64,000 bases of DNA from an uncultured Eubacteriales bacterium. GTDB taxonomy: Bacteria > Bacillota > Clostridia > Oscillospirales > CAG-272. The stretch is taken from NCBI GenBank assembly GCA_934433485.1, contig CAKRZR010000004.1, positions 68,913-132,912 of the forward strand, given 5' to 3'. Shown here piece by piece: positions 38,785-48,483 of the stretch. The notes beneath the pieces are model-generated. The model was not told where the DNA came from. It saw only the letters and a list, made by a program, of their open reading frames with translations, and searched no databases. The stretch's first letter is position 1. Each line of letters opens with the position of its first letter. Both the position numbers and the translations under genes were made by a program.

Positions 38785-39834
38785 TTATTCCTTTGTATCC
38801 TGTAAATATGCGCAAAGGAGGGCAAATGTGTTCTTCACACCCTCGAGATGGGAGCGTTCATAGCCGTGCGATGCGTACACACCTGCACCGATCAGCGCCT
38901 GCCGCACATCAAAGCAGTGCACCGCCACCGTGCAGTCGGAGCTGTAATGCGGGTATACATCTACGGCATAGGACAGCGCGTTTTCTTTTGCCAGTGCAAT
39001 GAGGCGGCAGTTGATGTCGTAGTCGTACGGACCCGCGGAGTCGGCGGCGCAGATGGACACATCCTTTTCCGTGCATTCGAGTCCGTCGCCGACACAGCCC
39101 ATATCCACGCCGAGAATCTCGTTCACACCCTCCGGCATGATTCCGGCAGCCCCGTGCCCGATTTCCTCGTATACCGTGAAGTGCATGTACACCTTGCGCG
39201 GCAGCTCGATCTTTTCCTCCTTGATCCACTTGGCGACACCGAGTAAGATCGCGGCACTGAGCTTATCGTCGAGGAAGCGGCTCTTGATGTATCCAGATTC
39301 CGTGATGACCGTCTGGGGATCCACGCAGACATAGCAGCCGACCTCAATGCCGAGTGCCTTTGTTTCCTCTGCGGTTTTGACATCCTCATCCAGCACGACT
39401 TCCACATTGTCGAAATTGCGTGAGACCGTTTCCGAGGATGCATTTACATGCGCGGAGGCGTTTGCAAGCTGGATGTTGCCGGTGTATACTCTGCCGTCAC
39501 GCGTGTAGATGCGGACAACCTCCGTTTCCGCGTTGTTGGCGTTCAAACCACCGATGGCCTTGAGCAGCAGTCTGCCGTTGCTTTTGATCTGCCGTACCAT
39601 GGCACCGAGCGTGTCGATGTGCGCTGACAGCAGCAGACCTCCCTTTTCGCTGTTTTCCGCGCCGCCGATCTCACAGAATACGCCGCCCTTGTTCGTCAAC
39701 TTCGGCGCATAACCGAGCGCACGGAACTGTTCCATAGCGTAATCCGCCGCCTGACGGGTGAATCCGCTCGGGCTGTCCTTGGCAAGGATCCCGCGCAGTA
39801 CCTCGGTGACATAGGGCATATATGCTTCATACAT
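38785..39834 (-). CDS. M42-family metallo-aminopeptidase (FrvX/YpdE-like)
   Basis: LSAHIDTLGAMV.., EEIGHGAAG and a DxD metal site; the start at 39834 follows an AAGGAGA RBS. Confidence 0.78.
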   Translation of the reverse strand: MYEAYMPYVTEVLRGILAKDSPSGFTRQAADYAMEQFRALGYAPKLTNKGGVFCEIGGAENSEKGGLLLSAHIDTLGAMVRQIKSNGRLLLKAIGGLNANNAETEVVRIYTRDGRVYTGNIQLANASAHVNASSETVSRNFDNVEVVLDEDVKTAEETKALGIEVGCYVCVDPQTVITESGYIKSRFLDDKLSAAILLGVAKWIKEEKIELPRKVYMHFTVYEEIGHGAAGIMPEGVNEILGVDMGCVGDGLECTEKDVSICAADSAGPYDYDINCRLIALAKENALSYAVDVYPHYSSDCTVAVHCFDVRQALIGAGVYASHGYERSHLEGVKNTFALLCAYLQDTKE

Positions 39835-40029
39835 AAGAAAATCTCCTTTGCGATCTGAAATCTGATAAAAACACATGGGAAAGGTTCCCATATTCGTATT
39901 ATAGCACATTTCGTGCCGAATTTCCATGGTTTGCACTATATTTTTCCTGCTTGCTGCGTTTTTTCTGTGTGCCGGACATGTTTTTTTCTGTGGGATTTCG
40001 AAAAAAGCCTTTTCGTATTCTGAAAGGAC

Positions 40030-40058
40030 TTGATTCCACCGCGCACGCATGCTATAAT
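40030..40058 (+). promoter_or_regulatory. Sigma-A promoter TTGATT-17-TATAAT (TG extended)
   Basis: ttgatt 40030-40035; tgctataat 40050-40058. Confidence 0.45.
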
Positions 40059-40091
40059 GAAGAAAACTTCGTATCGCAAGGAGATGAAATC

Positions 40092-42203
40092 ATGGAATTT
40101 GCATGTGGCACAGGATATCACAGACCGGTACGGCTGTCAGAGGAGACGCGCGCGTTTGCCGATCGTTCCATGCACGGTATGTACGGTGACGACGCAATGA
40201 CGCACAGAACGCTTCCCATGGACGATGTGCCGGGATTTGCGGAAATGGACGGTATGGAACGGTATGCACATGCCGTCGATGCCATTGCACGCAACGCGCC
40301 GCTGCGTCTGGTTCCGGGTGAGAAGATCTGCGGCGCGGCGACCCTCGGTGGAGCGATTTCTCATATCGTACCGGTCACGTTCGGCGGCGAAAATGTGCTG
40401 TGGTCGGTGAGCCACGTGACGGTCGGGTTCGATCGCGTGCTGGAGATTGGCATGAACGGCATTCTGCATGACGTCGACGAAAACTGCCCCGGCACGATGA
40501 AGCGGTATCTGCGCCGGATGGTTTACGCCATGCGGATCTGGCACGCACGGTATCTGGCGGCGGAGCGGGACAACGATCCGGAAATCGCCGCGATGCTCCG
40601 TCGTGTCCCGTTTGATACACCGCGAACCTTCCGGGAAGCCGTGCAAAGTCTGTGGTTCACGTTCGCGTTCACAAGGCTGTGCGGCAACTGGTCGGGGATC
40701 GGCAGGATTGACAAAATGCTCGGACCGTATCTTGAAAAGGATTTGAAAAGCGGCGTAATCACGCTGGATGAAGCGCGTGAAGTCCTCGCCCACTTCTTCA
40801 TCAAAGGCTGCGAATGGATCCAGTCCGACACGCCGACCGGCACCGGGGATGCGCAGCATTACCAGAATATCGTTCTCTCCGGTACCGACCGTGACGGCCG
40901 CGATGTCACAAACGAGGTGACCTATCTCGTACTCGACATCGTGGAAGAACTGGCGATCAGCGATTATCCGATCACGGTGCGCCTGACGGACGAAACCGAC
41001 GAGCGGTTGTACCGGCGTATCGCGGAGGTCATGCGCTACGGCGGCGGGATTCTTGCCGTATACAACGAACCGCTCATCCTCCGTTCCCTCACCGCATTCG
41101 GCTACGATGCGACAGAGGCACGCGATTTTGCGAACGACGGCTGCTGGGAGGTGCAGATCCCCGGCAGGACGAATTTCACCTATATGCCGTTTGATGCGTA
41201 TACAATGCTCATGCGCGATACCCTCGGAATAGGCGGCGAACATAAGCGGTACGATACCTACGACGCGCTGTTTGCTGCGTATATGGACAGGCTCCGGAAG
41301 CACGTGGACGACACCTACGCCGGACTTGTCGATGGCATGTGCGAACCGGACGGGCAGGGCGGCTATCGGCTGAGGTGCTTCGGAATTCCGGCGACGCTCA
41401 TCTCCCTGTTTGAACGGGACTGTATTGCCGCGGGCCTTGATTATAACGCGGGCGGCTGTCGGTATACGGTCCGCTCTCCCCACATCGGCGGCGCACCGGA
41501 CGCTGGCAACAGCCTCTACGCGATCCGAAAAGCGGTATTTGAGGATCATCTCACGACCCTTGACCATCTTCTCGACGCGATCGAAAACGACTGGGACGGC
41601 GAAGAAGTCCTGCGCCAGCGGATTCTCACCGGCTATACCTATTACGGCAACGACAACGCGGAAGCGGACGCGGTGACGGCGGAAATCCTCGACCGGTTTG
41701 CCGATATGGTGCTCGCGCACAGGGGGGAATCGCCCATCCTCTATATCCCCGGCGTATCCACGTTCGGACGGCAGATCGATTGGCTCGGACAGCGTACCGC
41801 CTCTCCGTTCGGAATGAAAAAGGGCGCGATCCTCGCCGGAAACGCGTCTCCCACACCGGGTACCGATAAGGAAGGCGCGACCTCCATCATCGAATCCTAT
41901 TGCCATGCCGATCTCGGAAAGCAGGTATGCGGCGCGGCACTGGACGTAAAGCTCCATCCGAGCGCGACGCGAGGGGAAAACGGTCTCGCCGGCATCGTGG
42001 CGCTGCTCAAAGGCTTTGTCACCTTAGACGGTTATTTCCTCCAGCTTGATGTCATCGACGGTGAAGTGTTGCGGAAAGCGCAGGAGGATCCGGAAGCGTA
42101 CAAGACCTTATCCGTCCGCGTCTCCGGCTGGAACGCGCGTTTTGTCACTCTCAACCGCCAGTGGCAGGAGATGATCATCGAACGCACGGCGACGGGACTA
42201 TGA
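40092..42203 (+). CDS. Glycyl radical enzyme, PFL-like superfamily, unusually short (703 aa), substrate unknown
   Basis: The C-terminal glycine-radical motif LSVRVSGWNARFVTL has its Gly codon at 42127-42129. The mid-protein thiyl loop NDGCWEVQIPG (Cys codon 41142-41144) is analogous to GCVE in CutC, HypD and glycerol dehydratase. An AGGAGA RBS precedes the start. Confidence 0.75.
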   Translation: MEFACGTGYHRPVRLSEETRAFADRSMHGMYGDDAMTHRTLPMDDVPGFAEMDGMERYAHAVDAIARNAPLRLVPGEKICGAATLGGAISHIVPVTFGGENVLWSVSHVTVGFDRVLEIGMNGILHDVDENCPGTMKRYLRRMVYAMRIWHARYLAAERDNDPEIAAMLRRVPFDTPRTFREAVQSLWFTFAFTRLCGNWSGIGRIDKMLGPYLEKDLKSGVITLDEAREVLAHFFIKGCEWIQSDTPTGTGDAQHYQNIVLSGTDRDGRDVTNEVTYLVLDIVEELAISDYPITVRLTDETDERLYRRIAEVMRYGGGILAVYNEPLILRSLTAFGYDATEARDFANDGCWEVQIPGRTNFTYMPFDAYTMLMRDTLGIGGEHKRYDTYDALFAAYMDRLRKHVDDTYAGLVDGMCEPDGQGGYRLRCFGIPATLISLFERDCIAAGLDYNAGGCRYTVRSPHIGGAPDAGNSLYAIRKAVFEDHLTTLDHLLDAIENDWDGEEVLRQRILTGYTYYGNDNAEADAVTAEILDRFADMVLAHRGESPILYIPGVSTFGRQIDWLGQRTASPFGMKKGAILAGNASPTPGTDKEGATSIIESYCHADLGKQVCGAALDVKLHPSATRGENGLAGIVALLKGFVTLDGYFLQLDVIDGEVLRKAQEDPEAYKTLSVRVSGWNARFVTLNRQWQEMIIERTATGL

Positions 42204-42207
42204 CGGA

Positions 42208-42924
42208 GTGCCGGATATGACAGATATGTATGCGGAGCAGACAAAATCACTGCTGGAAACCACGTTGAACACACGGGATCTCGGTGTGTACCGGAGCGCG
42301 ATGACCGGGAAACGAATGCGGATATGGAGGATATTGCGCAGCGATGTGCAGAACTATCCCTCGGAAAACGATATCCGTTTGCTGACAGAGCGGAAAATCC
42401 GTACCATTATTGATATGCGCGGAGAAAAGGAAGTGCAGCGAAGGCCCAGTGGATTTGCGGACAGAGAAGGCTTTGTGTACTGCAATATTCCCATTGAGGA
42501 AGGCAGCGGGATACCGGGGTGTATCGATGCCGTCAGCGACAGCTACATAAAGATCGCGGAAAGCAGACGTATGGCGGATGTGTTCCGCGCCATTACCATG
42601 GCACCGGACGGTGTGATGTTCAACTGTACAGCGGGAAAGGATCGCACCGGCGTTGTCAGTGCCGTTCTCTTGGGTATATGCGGTGTATCGGATGCAGACA
42701 TTCTTGCCGATTATATGCTTACAAAGACATATAGTGCGGAACGGTTTGCACTGATCCACGAGAACTTTCCGGAGATCGATATGCGAATTGTGATTCCAAG
42801 CGAACGGTACATGGCAGAATTTATGGCGCGTCTTCGTGGAAAATACGGCGGCTTCCCGGAATACCTGACGGCGATCGGTGTGACGGCGGCGGAAAGATGC
42901 GCTATTATGGCTAAGCTGTTGTAA
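42208..42924 (+). CDS. Protein tyrosine/dual-specificity phosphatase-like (CX5R)
   Basis: FNCTAGKDRTGVVSAV matches the CX5R P-loop. Confidence 0.72.
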   Translation: MPDMTDMYAEQTKSLLETTLNTRDLGVYRSAMTGKRMRIWRILRSDVQNYPSENDIRLLTERKIRTIIDMRGEKEVQRRPSGFADREGFVYCNIPIEEGSGIPGCIDAVSDSYIKIAESRRMADVFRAITMAPDGVMFNCTAGKDRTGVVSAVLLGICGVSDADILADYMLTKTYSAERFALIHENFPEIDMRIVIPSERYMAEFMARLRGKYGGFPEYLTAIGVTAAERCAIMAKLL

Positions 42925-42994
42925 ATACGTTTGTACGCCGCAAATCCGTGCGAGCGGAAAATACAGTGGAATCGAAACCTGCACACAATAAAGG

Positions 42995-43025
42995 CAGCGG
43001 AGAAAATTTCCGCTGTTTTTTCTTG
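42995..43025 (+). terminator. Rho-independent terminator
   Basis: cagcggagaaaatttccgctg followed by ttttttc. Confidence 0.6.
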
Positions 43026-43083
43026 AAAATGTCCGATTCTCGTCCCCCGTGGTGTAATATAGGTAAGAAAGGCAGGTGACCTT

Positions 43084-43593
43084 ATGCGAACAGAAGCGGA
43101 AATGGAGGACGTAATGGCGCGTTACGGCGATTTTCTCTATCGGCTCGCGCTGACAATGGTTCATTCCGACGCGGATGCCTGTGACATGACAGCGGAAACC
43201 ATGGCGCAGTATCTCTTTTCCGACAAGGAGTTCGAGAGCGAGGCACACAGACGGGCGTGGCTTATCACAGTGCTGCGCAACCGGAGCCGGAATCTTCTAC
43301 GCTACCACAGACGGCACCAGACGGTCGAACTGTCGGACAATATTCCGCAGAGGCAGAGCGGCTACGGCAGGGAAGAGGCGGCAATCCTCGCCCGTATCCG
43401 ACCGCTGCCGGAGAAATACCGCACGATCCTCTATCTTTACTACGCGGAGGAGTACAGCATCCGGGAGATCGCGGAGATGCTGTCGGTCACACAATCCTGC
43501 GCGGAAAAACGACTCCAGCGGGCAAGAGAGAAATGCGCCGCGATCTGGAAAAATGAGGAGGGGAGCGAGAGGGTATGTATACACGAGAGTTGA
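43084..43593 (+). CDS. ECF-type RNA polymerase sigma factor
   Basis: Region 2 (RAWLITVLRNRSRNLLR) and region 4 (ILYLYYAEEYSIREIAEMLSVTQSCAEKRLQRAREK). Confidence 0.8.
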   Translation: MRTEAEMEDVMARYGDFLYRLALTMVHSDADACDMTAETMAQYLFSDKEFESEAHRRAWLITVLRNRSRNLLRYHRRHQTVELSDNIPQRQSGYGREEAAILARIRPLPEKYRTILYLYYAEEYSIREIAEMLSVTQSCAEKRLQRAREKCAAIWKNEEGSERVCIHES

Positions 43594-44858
43594 AAAAACT
43601 GCAAAATATCCGTATGCCGGAAGCGGACAAAGCGCGGATAGTGGAAATGCTTGTCCAAAAGCGCGGTACAAAGCATAGATACAATCGCAGACCTATGGCG
43701 ATCCTCGCGGCGGCATTGGCGTTCTGCGTCCTCTGTACCGCGTGCGGTGTGGCGGCGCAGTATTTCATCGAACGACGGAACCTGGCAGCGTTCTGGCTGT
43801 GGGAGAACGTGCGGGTACTGGACGCGCCGGTGGAGACGGGTTTCGGCAGCATCTACTACGCTTCCATCACCGATCACCGACTATTTGTCATGTGCCGGCT
43901 CGCGGATTTAACCGGTAACGGCGTCACCGCGGAGGAGAGCTTTACCGCCATCTTCCCTGACGGAACAGAGTATCCGCTCGTGGTCCAGAATCAGGCGTGG
44001 TCGGACGCCTACAGCTTCGACACCGCGACCGTGGACTGGTACGTACAGTATGGCGCCGCGGATGTTCCGACCGTGGATACGCTGACATTGCGCTACGACA
44101 AAACCGGAGAGGAAACAGTATTGTCCTTAGGAAAGCCGGATTCGGAGATCGCGGCATATCGTACAGATGGCGTACAGATCCGTGCCGCGCAGCTTGGTTC
44201 CGGTTGTCCCGCGGTAGCGGTCAGCATCCGTGTGGAGAAAAGCTTTGGCAAAGGCTGGTTGACGGAACCGGAAAAAATGTACTTTACGGTGGGGATCGGC
44301 GCGATAAACGCGGACGGCACAGTGTACCATACGGCTTGCGCCCTACGGCCAATCGGCGATGCGAAAAGTGAGACGTGCGTTATTGGACTGTTTGCAAGCG
44401 TATATTCCGTACCGGATACGCAGCTCAGCCATGCGGTGATGCAAATAGAAGAAATGTACATGAACTGTTATCTGCGGCCGGAGTATACCATGCGAAAGGC
44501 GACGCGGCTGGACGATCTCATCGGAGAGAAGATCCGACTGCCATTTGACAAATCCATAGAGATCACAGACTGTTGGCAGACGGAGGAGGGCGATGCGATC
44601 TGTCTCGAAAGCATAACCGATCCCTCGGAGGATTTTGAAAAGATACTTTGTATGCCGGATGGAACGGTCTGGTACAATTCCCGCGGAAAGCGCATAGAAG
44701 AAACCGGTGTATGGCGCGATTGCTTTACAAAGGGGAGTGGGAAAACAACAGAGCAGTATCAGACATATGCCGAACAGGCGAAAAAGAGCGGGAAAGTGCT
44801 GTTCTTTGTCTCGCGCGCAGGATTTCAGCTTGAAAATCTTGAAAAAATCGAGAAATAA
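43575..44858 (+). CDS. Putative anti-sigma factor: single-pass membrane protein with ~360-aa extracytoplasmic domain of unknown fold
   Basis: Overlaps the sigma gene by 19 nt (translational coupling), has a TM helix at about aa 42-62, and sits in the usual anti-sigma position. Confidence 0.6.
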   Translation: MYTRELKKLQNIRMPEADKARIVEMLVQKRGTKHRYNRRPMAILAAALAFCVLCTACGVAAQYFIERRNLAAFWLWENVRVLDAPVETGFGSIYYASITDHRLFVMCRLADLTGNGVTAEESFTAIFPDGTEYPLVVQNQAWSDAYSFDTATVDWYVQYGAADVPTVDTLTLRYDKTGEETVLSLGKPDSEIAAYRTDGVQIRAAQLGSGCPAVAVSIRVEKSFGKGWLTEPEKMYFTVGIGAINADGTVYHTACALRPIGDAKSETCVIGLFASVYSVPDTQLSHAVMQIEEMYMNCYLRPEYTMRKATRLDDLIGEKIRLPFDKSIEITDCWQTEEGDAICLESITDPSEDFEKILCMPDGTVWYNSRGKRIEETGVWRDCFTKGSGKTTEQYQTYAEQAKKSGKVLFFVSRAGFQLENLEKIEK

Positions 44859-44891
44859 CGAAAAAACTGCGAAAAAATGTTCAATACCCTC

Positions 44892-44920
44892 TTGCATTTT
44901 CCGAAGAAATCGTGTATACT
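44892..44920 (+). promoter_or_regulatory. Sigma-A promoter TTGCAT-17-TATACT (TG extended)
   Basis: ttgcat 44892-44897; tgtatact 44913-44920. Confidence 0.45.
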
Positions 44921-44960
44921 ATATAGGTACAGAGATCGCGGAGTGCAGGAGGGGGAACAA

Positions 44961-45446
44961 ATGCCGCAGGACAAAAAGGCACGCAAGATCATCGCCGTCA
45001 ACCGGAAGGCGCGTCACGATTATTTTGTGGATGAAACGTACGAGGCAGGCATTTCTCTGTACGGCACCGAGGTCAAAAGCGTGCGTGCCGGACAGGTCAA
45101 TCTCAAGGATTCCTACTGTCAGGTAGAAAACGGAGAATTGTACGCCGTCGGATTCCGGATCAGTCCCTACGAAAAGGGAAACATCTTCAACCGCGATCCT
45201 CTGCGCCGTAAAAAGCTTCTGATGCACAAAAAGGAGATCCTGAAGCTCCAGCAGTACACACAGCGCGACAGCTATACGCTGGTGCCGCTTTCCCTCTATT
45301 TTTCCGGCGCGAACGTGAAAATGGAAGTCGGGCTGTGCAAAGGGAAAAAGCTGTGGGACAAGCGCGAATCGGATGCCAAAGCGGAAGCCGGACGCGAGAT
45401 CGAGCGGTACGCCAAGAGCAAAAATCGTTCGGATCGCGATGATTGA
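44961..45446 (+). CDS. smpB: SsrA-binding protein SmpB
   Basis: IAVNRKARHDYFVDETYEAGISLYGTEVKSVRAGQVNLKDSY; the start at 44961 follows an AGGAGGGGG RBS. Confidence 0.92.
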   Translation: MPQDKKARKIIAVNRKARHDYFVDETYEAGISLYGTEVKSVRAGQVNLKDSYCQVENGELYAVGFRISPYEKGNIFNRDPLRRKKLLMHKKEILKLQQYTQRDSYTLVPLSLYFSGANVKMEVGLCKGKKLWDKRESDAKAEAGREIERYAKSKNRSDRDD

Positions 45447-45466
45447 TCGTGGATAGGAGAGTGCAA

Positions 45467-45976
45467 ATGGATTTTGCCGCACTTTGTCAAAGACGCAAAA
45501 GCTGCCGTTCGTATGCTGCCACGCCGGTGACGGATGACGAATTGCAAGCCATCCTTCGTGCCGCCGTAGCCGCGCCGAGTGCCTGCAACATGCAGTCGTG
45601 GTATTTTTATGTGCTGCGCAGTCCGGAATCGCGGGAAAAGCTTACGGGACTCTGTGCCGATTGGGTGAAAAACGCGCCTGTTGTGATTGTGATCTGCACC
45701 AATGGCAGCGAGATCGTAGGCAGATTCGGCGATCGCGCAAGGGATCTGTTCATCTTACAGGATACGGCGCTTGCCGGTGAGAACATTATGCTACAGGCGG
45801 CGGATCTTGGACTTGGCAGCTGCTTCATCGGCGCGTTCAACGAGGACGGCGTGCGTGCGGCACTATCGATCCCGATGGACAAGCGACCTGTCGGATTGAT
45901 CCCAATCGGACATTCCACAGACAACACACCCAAGCGCGATAGAGCACCGATTGCGGAGAAATACGCGATTCTGTAA
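45467..45976 (+). CDS. Nitroreductase family protein
   Basis: The nitroreductase fold (..PSACNMQSW..). Confidence 0.75.
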   Translation: MDFAALCQRRKSCRSYAATPVTDDELQAILRAAVAAPSACNMQSWYFYVLRSPESREKLTGLCADWVKNAPVVIVICTNGSEIVGRFGDRARDLFILQDTALAGENIMLQAADLGLGSCFIGAFNEDGVRAALSIPMDKRPVGLIPIGHSTDNTPKRDRAPIAEKYAIL

Positions 45977-46049
45977 ACAAAACGCCGTGATATATCGGTT
46001 CGCGGCACAATATGTATTGTAAATAACCGAGCTTCGTCATCGGTTTTAC

Positions 46050-46424
46050 GGGGACGTAAAGGTTTCGACGGGGATTTTGCAGTACGATAAGCGGGTAGAG
46101 CCGGGGAATCTCTTAAAAAGCTCCAACCTTAAACTAAACGCTAACGACGATTTAGCACTGGCCGCCTAAGTGCGGTCTGTCCGCCGGGGGAATGCTGCGA
46201 CCCTCGGATGTCCCGTTTCGGGAAGTACCCCCTTTGGTACTGGCATCATGCAGCAGCGTCCGTGAACGGTGAGTTCGCATTTGTAACCGTCATGCACTAA
46301 ATTGCTACTGACCGCGGAAGCCTGACGACCGGCGTCTGCGGCAGGAAACACAAAAGACCGTCTGCACCCGGAGAAAGTCGTATGAATAGGTTTTCGGACA
46401 GGGGTTCGACTCCCCTCGTCTCCA
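46050..46424 (+). ncRNA. ssrA: tmRNA (transfer-messenger RNA), CCA not encoded
   Basis: The 5' end GGGGACGTAAAGGTTTCGACGGGGAT and the 3' end GGACAGGGGTTCGACTCCCCTCGTCTCCA form the acceptor stem GGGGACG/CGTCTCC with a T-arm. The tag ORF gct aac gac gat tta gca ctg gcc gcc taa (46140-46169) encodes ANDDLALAA. It lies immediately downstream of smpB. Confidence 0.92.
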
Positions 46425-46443
46425 TCTAAGCAATCCGAATACA

Positions 46444-46478
46444 AACCCACCTGTCGGTATCATATTCGCGGGTGGGTT
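46444..46478 (+). terminator. Hairpin after ssrA (weak U-tract)
   Basis: aacccacc..ggtgggtt. Confidence 0.4.
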
Positions 46479-46530
46479 GTTCGGAATTATCGCATACCGC
46501 ACGGAAGACCAAAAGTAAGGGTAAGAATGT

Positions 46531-46570
46531 CCCCTCAGAGGTGAATGCCTCCGAGGGGATTTTGCCTTTT
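46531..46570 (+). terminator. Second rho-independent terminator downstream of ssrA
   Basis: cccctcagagg..cctccgagggg followed by attttgcctttt. Confidence 0.5.
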
Positions 46571-46925
46571 ATTATAAATTTGGTGTATACTAAACGTATA
46601 ACATCTCTTTGGCGCGGAGTTGAATCCCATCACTGTGGACACGGCTTTTTTTGAAAACGCTCCCACCAATAAGCGGTATCCCAAGGAGATGTACTACCGT
46701 CTGTTCTCTCCGCTGACTCTGCCACAGGAGATGGAGCGGGTACGGTATCTCGGATCCGGATGTACTCATCATCAACCTGCTACGCCCCCTGGGAGAGCAA
46801 AATGTGTACGGAAAAGCCTTTTCTCATGCGGGACGGACCGAAATGGCGATCGAGATCAATTAGGGTGTGCTTGGACATCGAGCGCGAGTATTTCAACTCC
46901 GGCGTCTTGTTCATTCTGAAAAGTA

Positions 46926-47564
46926 TCATTTTTCTCCGGTTAGTATTTGTATAGGAGGCTCAGAAACATACTGCAAGATGCTATCTGCTGTTTCCGCGAT
47001 GCCGACAGATGAATCCACCGTCAGATGATACTGTCGAGCGTCGCCCCAACGTTTACCGGATATGTGCTTATAGTACGATGCTCTTGCTTTGTCGGAACGT
47101 CGGATATTGCGCTTCGCTTCACGAGGCGTATCTCCGTAAGCCGTCATTACTCTGGCAATACGGTACTCTTTGGGTGCGTGAATAAACACACGAATGACAT
47201 TTTTATAATCTTTCAGGACATAATCGGCAGCTCTGCCCATGATTACGCAGGAGCCATTATCGGCAATTTTGCGGATAATGTGCGCCTGCGCCCGGATCGC
47301 TTGCTGCACCGCATGAGAAGAAAGATATAGATCGCGAAGCGCATCTGGGGCGTTTTTATGAATGTCCGAGATGAACTGCTGATCCAATCCGCTTTCATGA
47401 GCGGCGAGAGCAACCATTTCCTTGTAGTAGAATGGGATTCCCAGCCTTTGCGCTACCAGTTTTCCTACCTGCTTGCCGGAAGAACCATGTTCCCGCGCGA
47501 TGGTGATGATAACGCCTGGTTTCGATGGCCTCAGCGCGGGACTTGCGTCATCGTCCGGTTTCAA
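46926..47564 (-). CDS. Cytidylate-kinase-like family protein (AAA/NMP-kinase-like)
   Basis: VIITIAREHGSSGKQVGKLVAQRLGIPFY (a P-loop-like segment), as in cytidylate kinase-like family proteins. Confidence 0.6.
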   Translation of the reverse strand: MKPDDDASPALRPSKPGVIITIAREHGSSGKQVGKLVAQRLGIPFYYKEMVALAAHESGLDQQFISDIHKNAPDALRDLYLSSHAVQQAIRAQAHIIRKIADNGSCVIMGRAADYVLKDYKNVIRVFIHAPKEYRIARVMTAYGDTPREAKRNIRRSDKARASYYKHISGKRWGDARQYHLTVDSSVGIAETADSILQYVSEPPIQILTGEK

Positions 47565-48477
47565 AGGCTGGGCTTGCCGCGTAGTTGTAGCTGATTATCG
47601 GTACAATACAGGTCTGCATGGCGCCAAGGGGAATAAAGAAGAATGTCTGCCACTTATAGTAAAGCCCTAACGCGGTCACAGCCTGATCGCAGAAACCGGC
47701 AAGAATGAGATTGAGCCCCAATATGTAAAAGGTGTATGCCGACTGCATCAGAATATTCGGCGTACCAAGACGGAAAATTTCCGCGATATGGTGCGGGTAC
47801 AGCTCTTACACGGGAGACTTTTTATATCCCCTTTTCATCACAACCAACGCGGCGACAATTTGCCATGCGACCGTCGCAACGGCAGCTCCCGCAATGCCGA
47901 ATTCCGGCAAGCCGAACATGCCGAAGATCAGCAGTGGGTCAATAATAATATTCGTAACTGCACCGAGGATTTGCGCGACCATCGGTGTTTTCATATCTCC
48001 GTTTGATTGCAGCACTTTCGTCCAGATGCTCTCTGCGAACAGACCTATGCTGCATACGCAGACAATTCTTCCGTATACGATAACATCATGAATAACCGTT
48101 TCCGAATCTGTTGACATTTTCGCATAGAATGGCATGATTGCAAAACAGATGATGGCAAACACAAACCATAATGCAATGGCAAGCGGTGTACCGACCCCGG
48201 CATATTCATCTGCTTCTTTTCGATTGCCTACACCGAGCTTGGACGCTATGACTGTATTGATGCCAACACCGGTTCCCACGGCGAGGGCGATCATGAAAAG
48301 TTGTATCGGATAGATAATAGAAAGGGCAGTCAGGCCGGAATCCGAGTACCTGCCCACAAAAAAGCTGTCTACAATATTATAGAGCGCTTGAATGAGCTGT
48401 GCCAACATCACTGGCGGCGCAAGCCGGAAAAGTATTTTGCCAATTTTCTCTGTTCCAAACAGATCTGTCTGCTCCAT
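47548..48477 (-). pseudogene. MATE-family efflux transporter, frameshifted and C-terminally truncated
   Basis: The N-terminal half (47806-48477) is a good MATE sequence (LAPPVMLAQLIQALYNIVDSFFVGR..). The frame breaks near 47800 and continues for 66 aa in another frame (47548-47748). The total is about 300 aa versus roughly 450 expected, and the end runs into the next gene. Confidence 0.6.
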
Positions 48478-48483
48478 TGCGGT

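Noticed and set aside
46620-46919. 99-aa plus-strand ORF and overlapping minus-strand ORF after the ssrA terminators
   Set aside because: Coding potential is fragmented across several frames on both strands with no motifs. It is treated as debris of a decayed gene rather than a feature.
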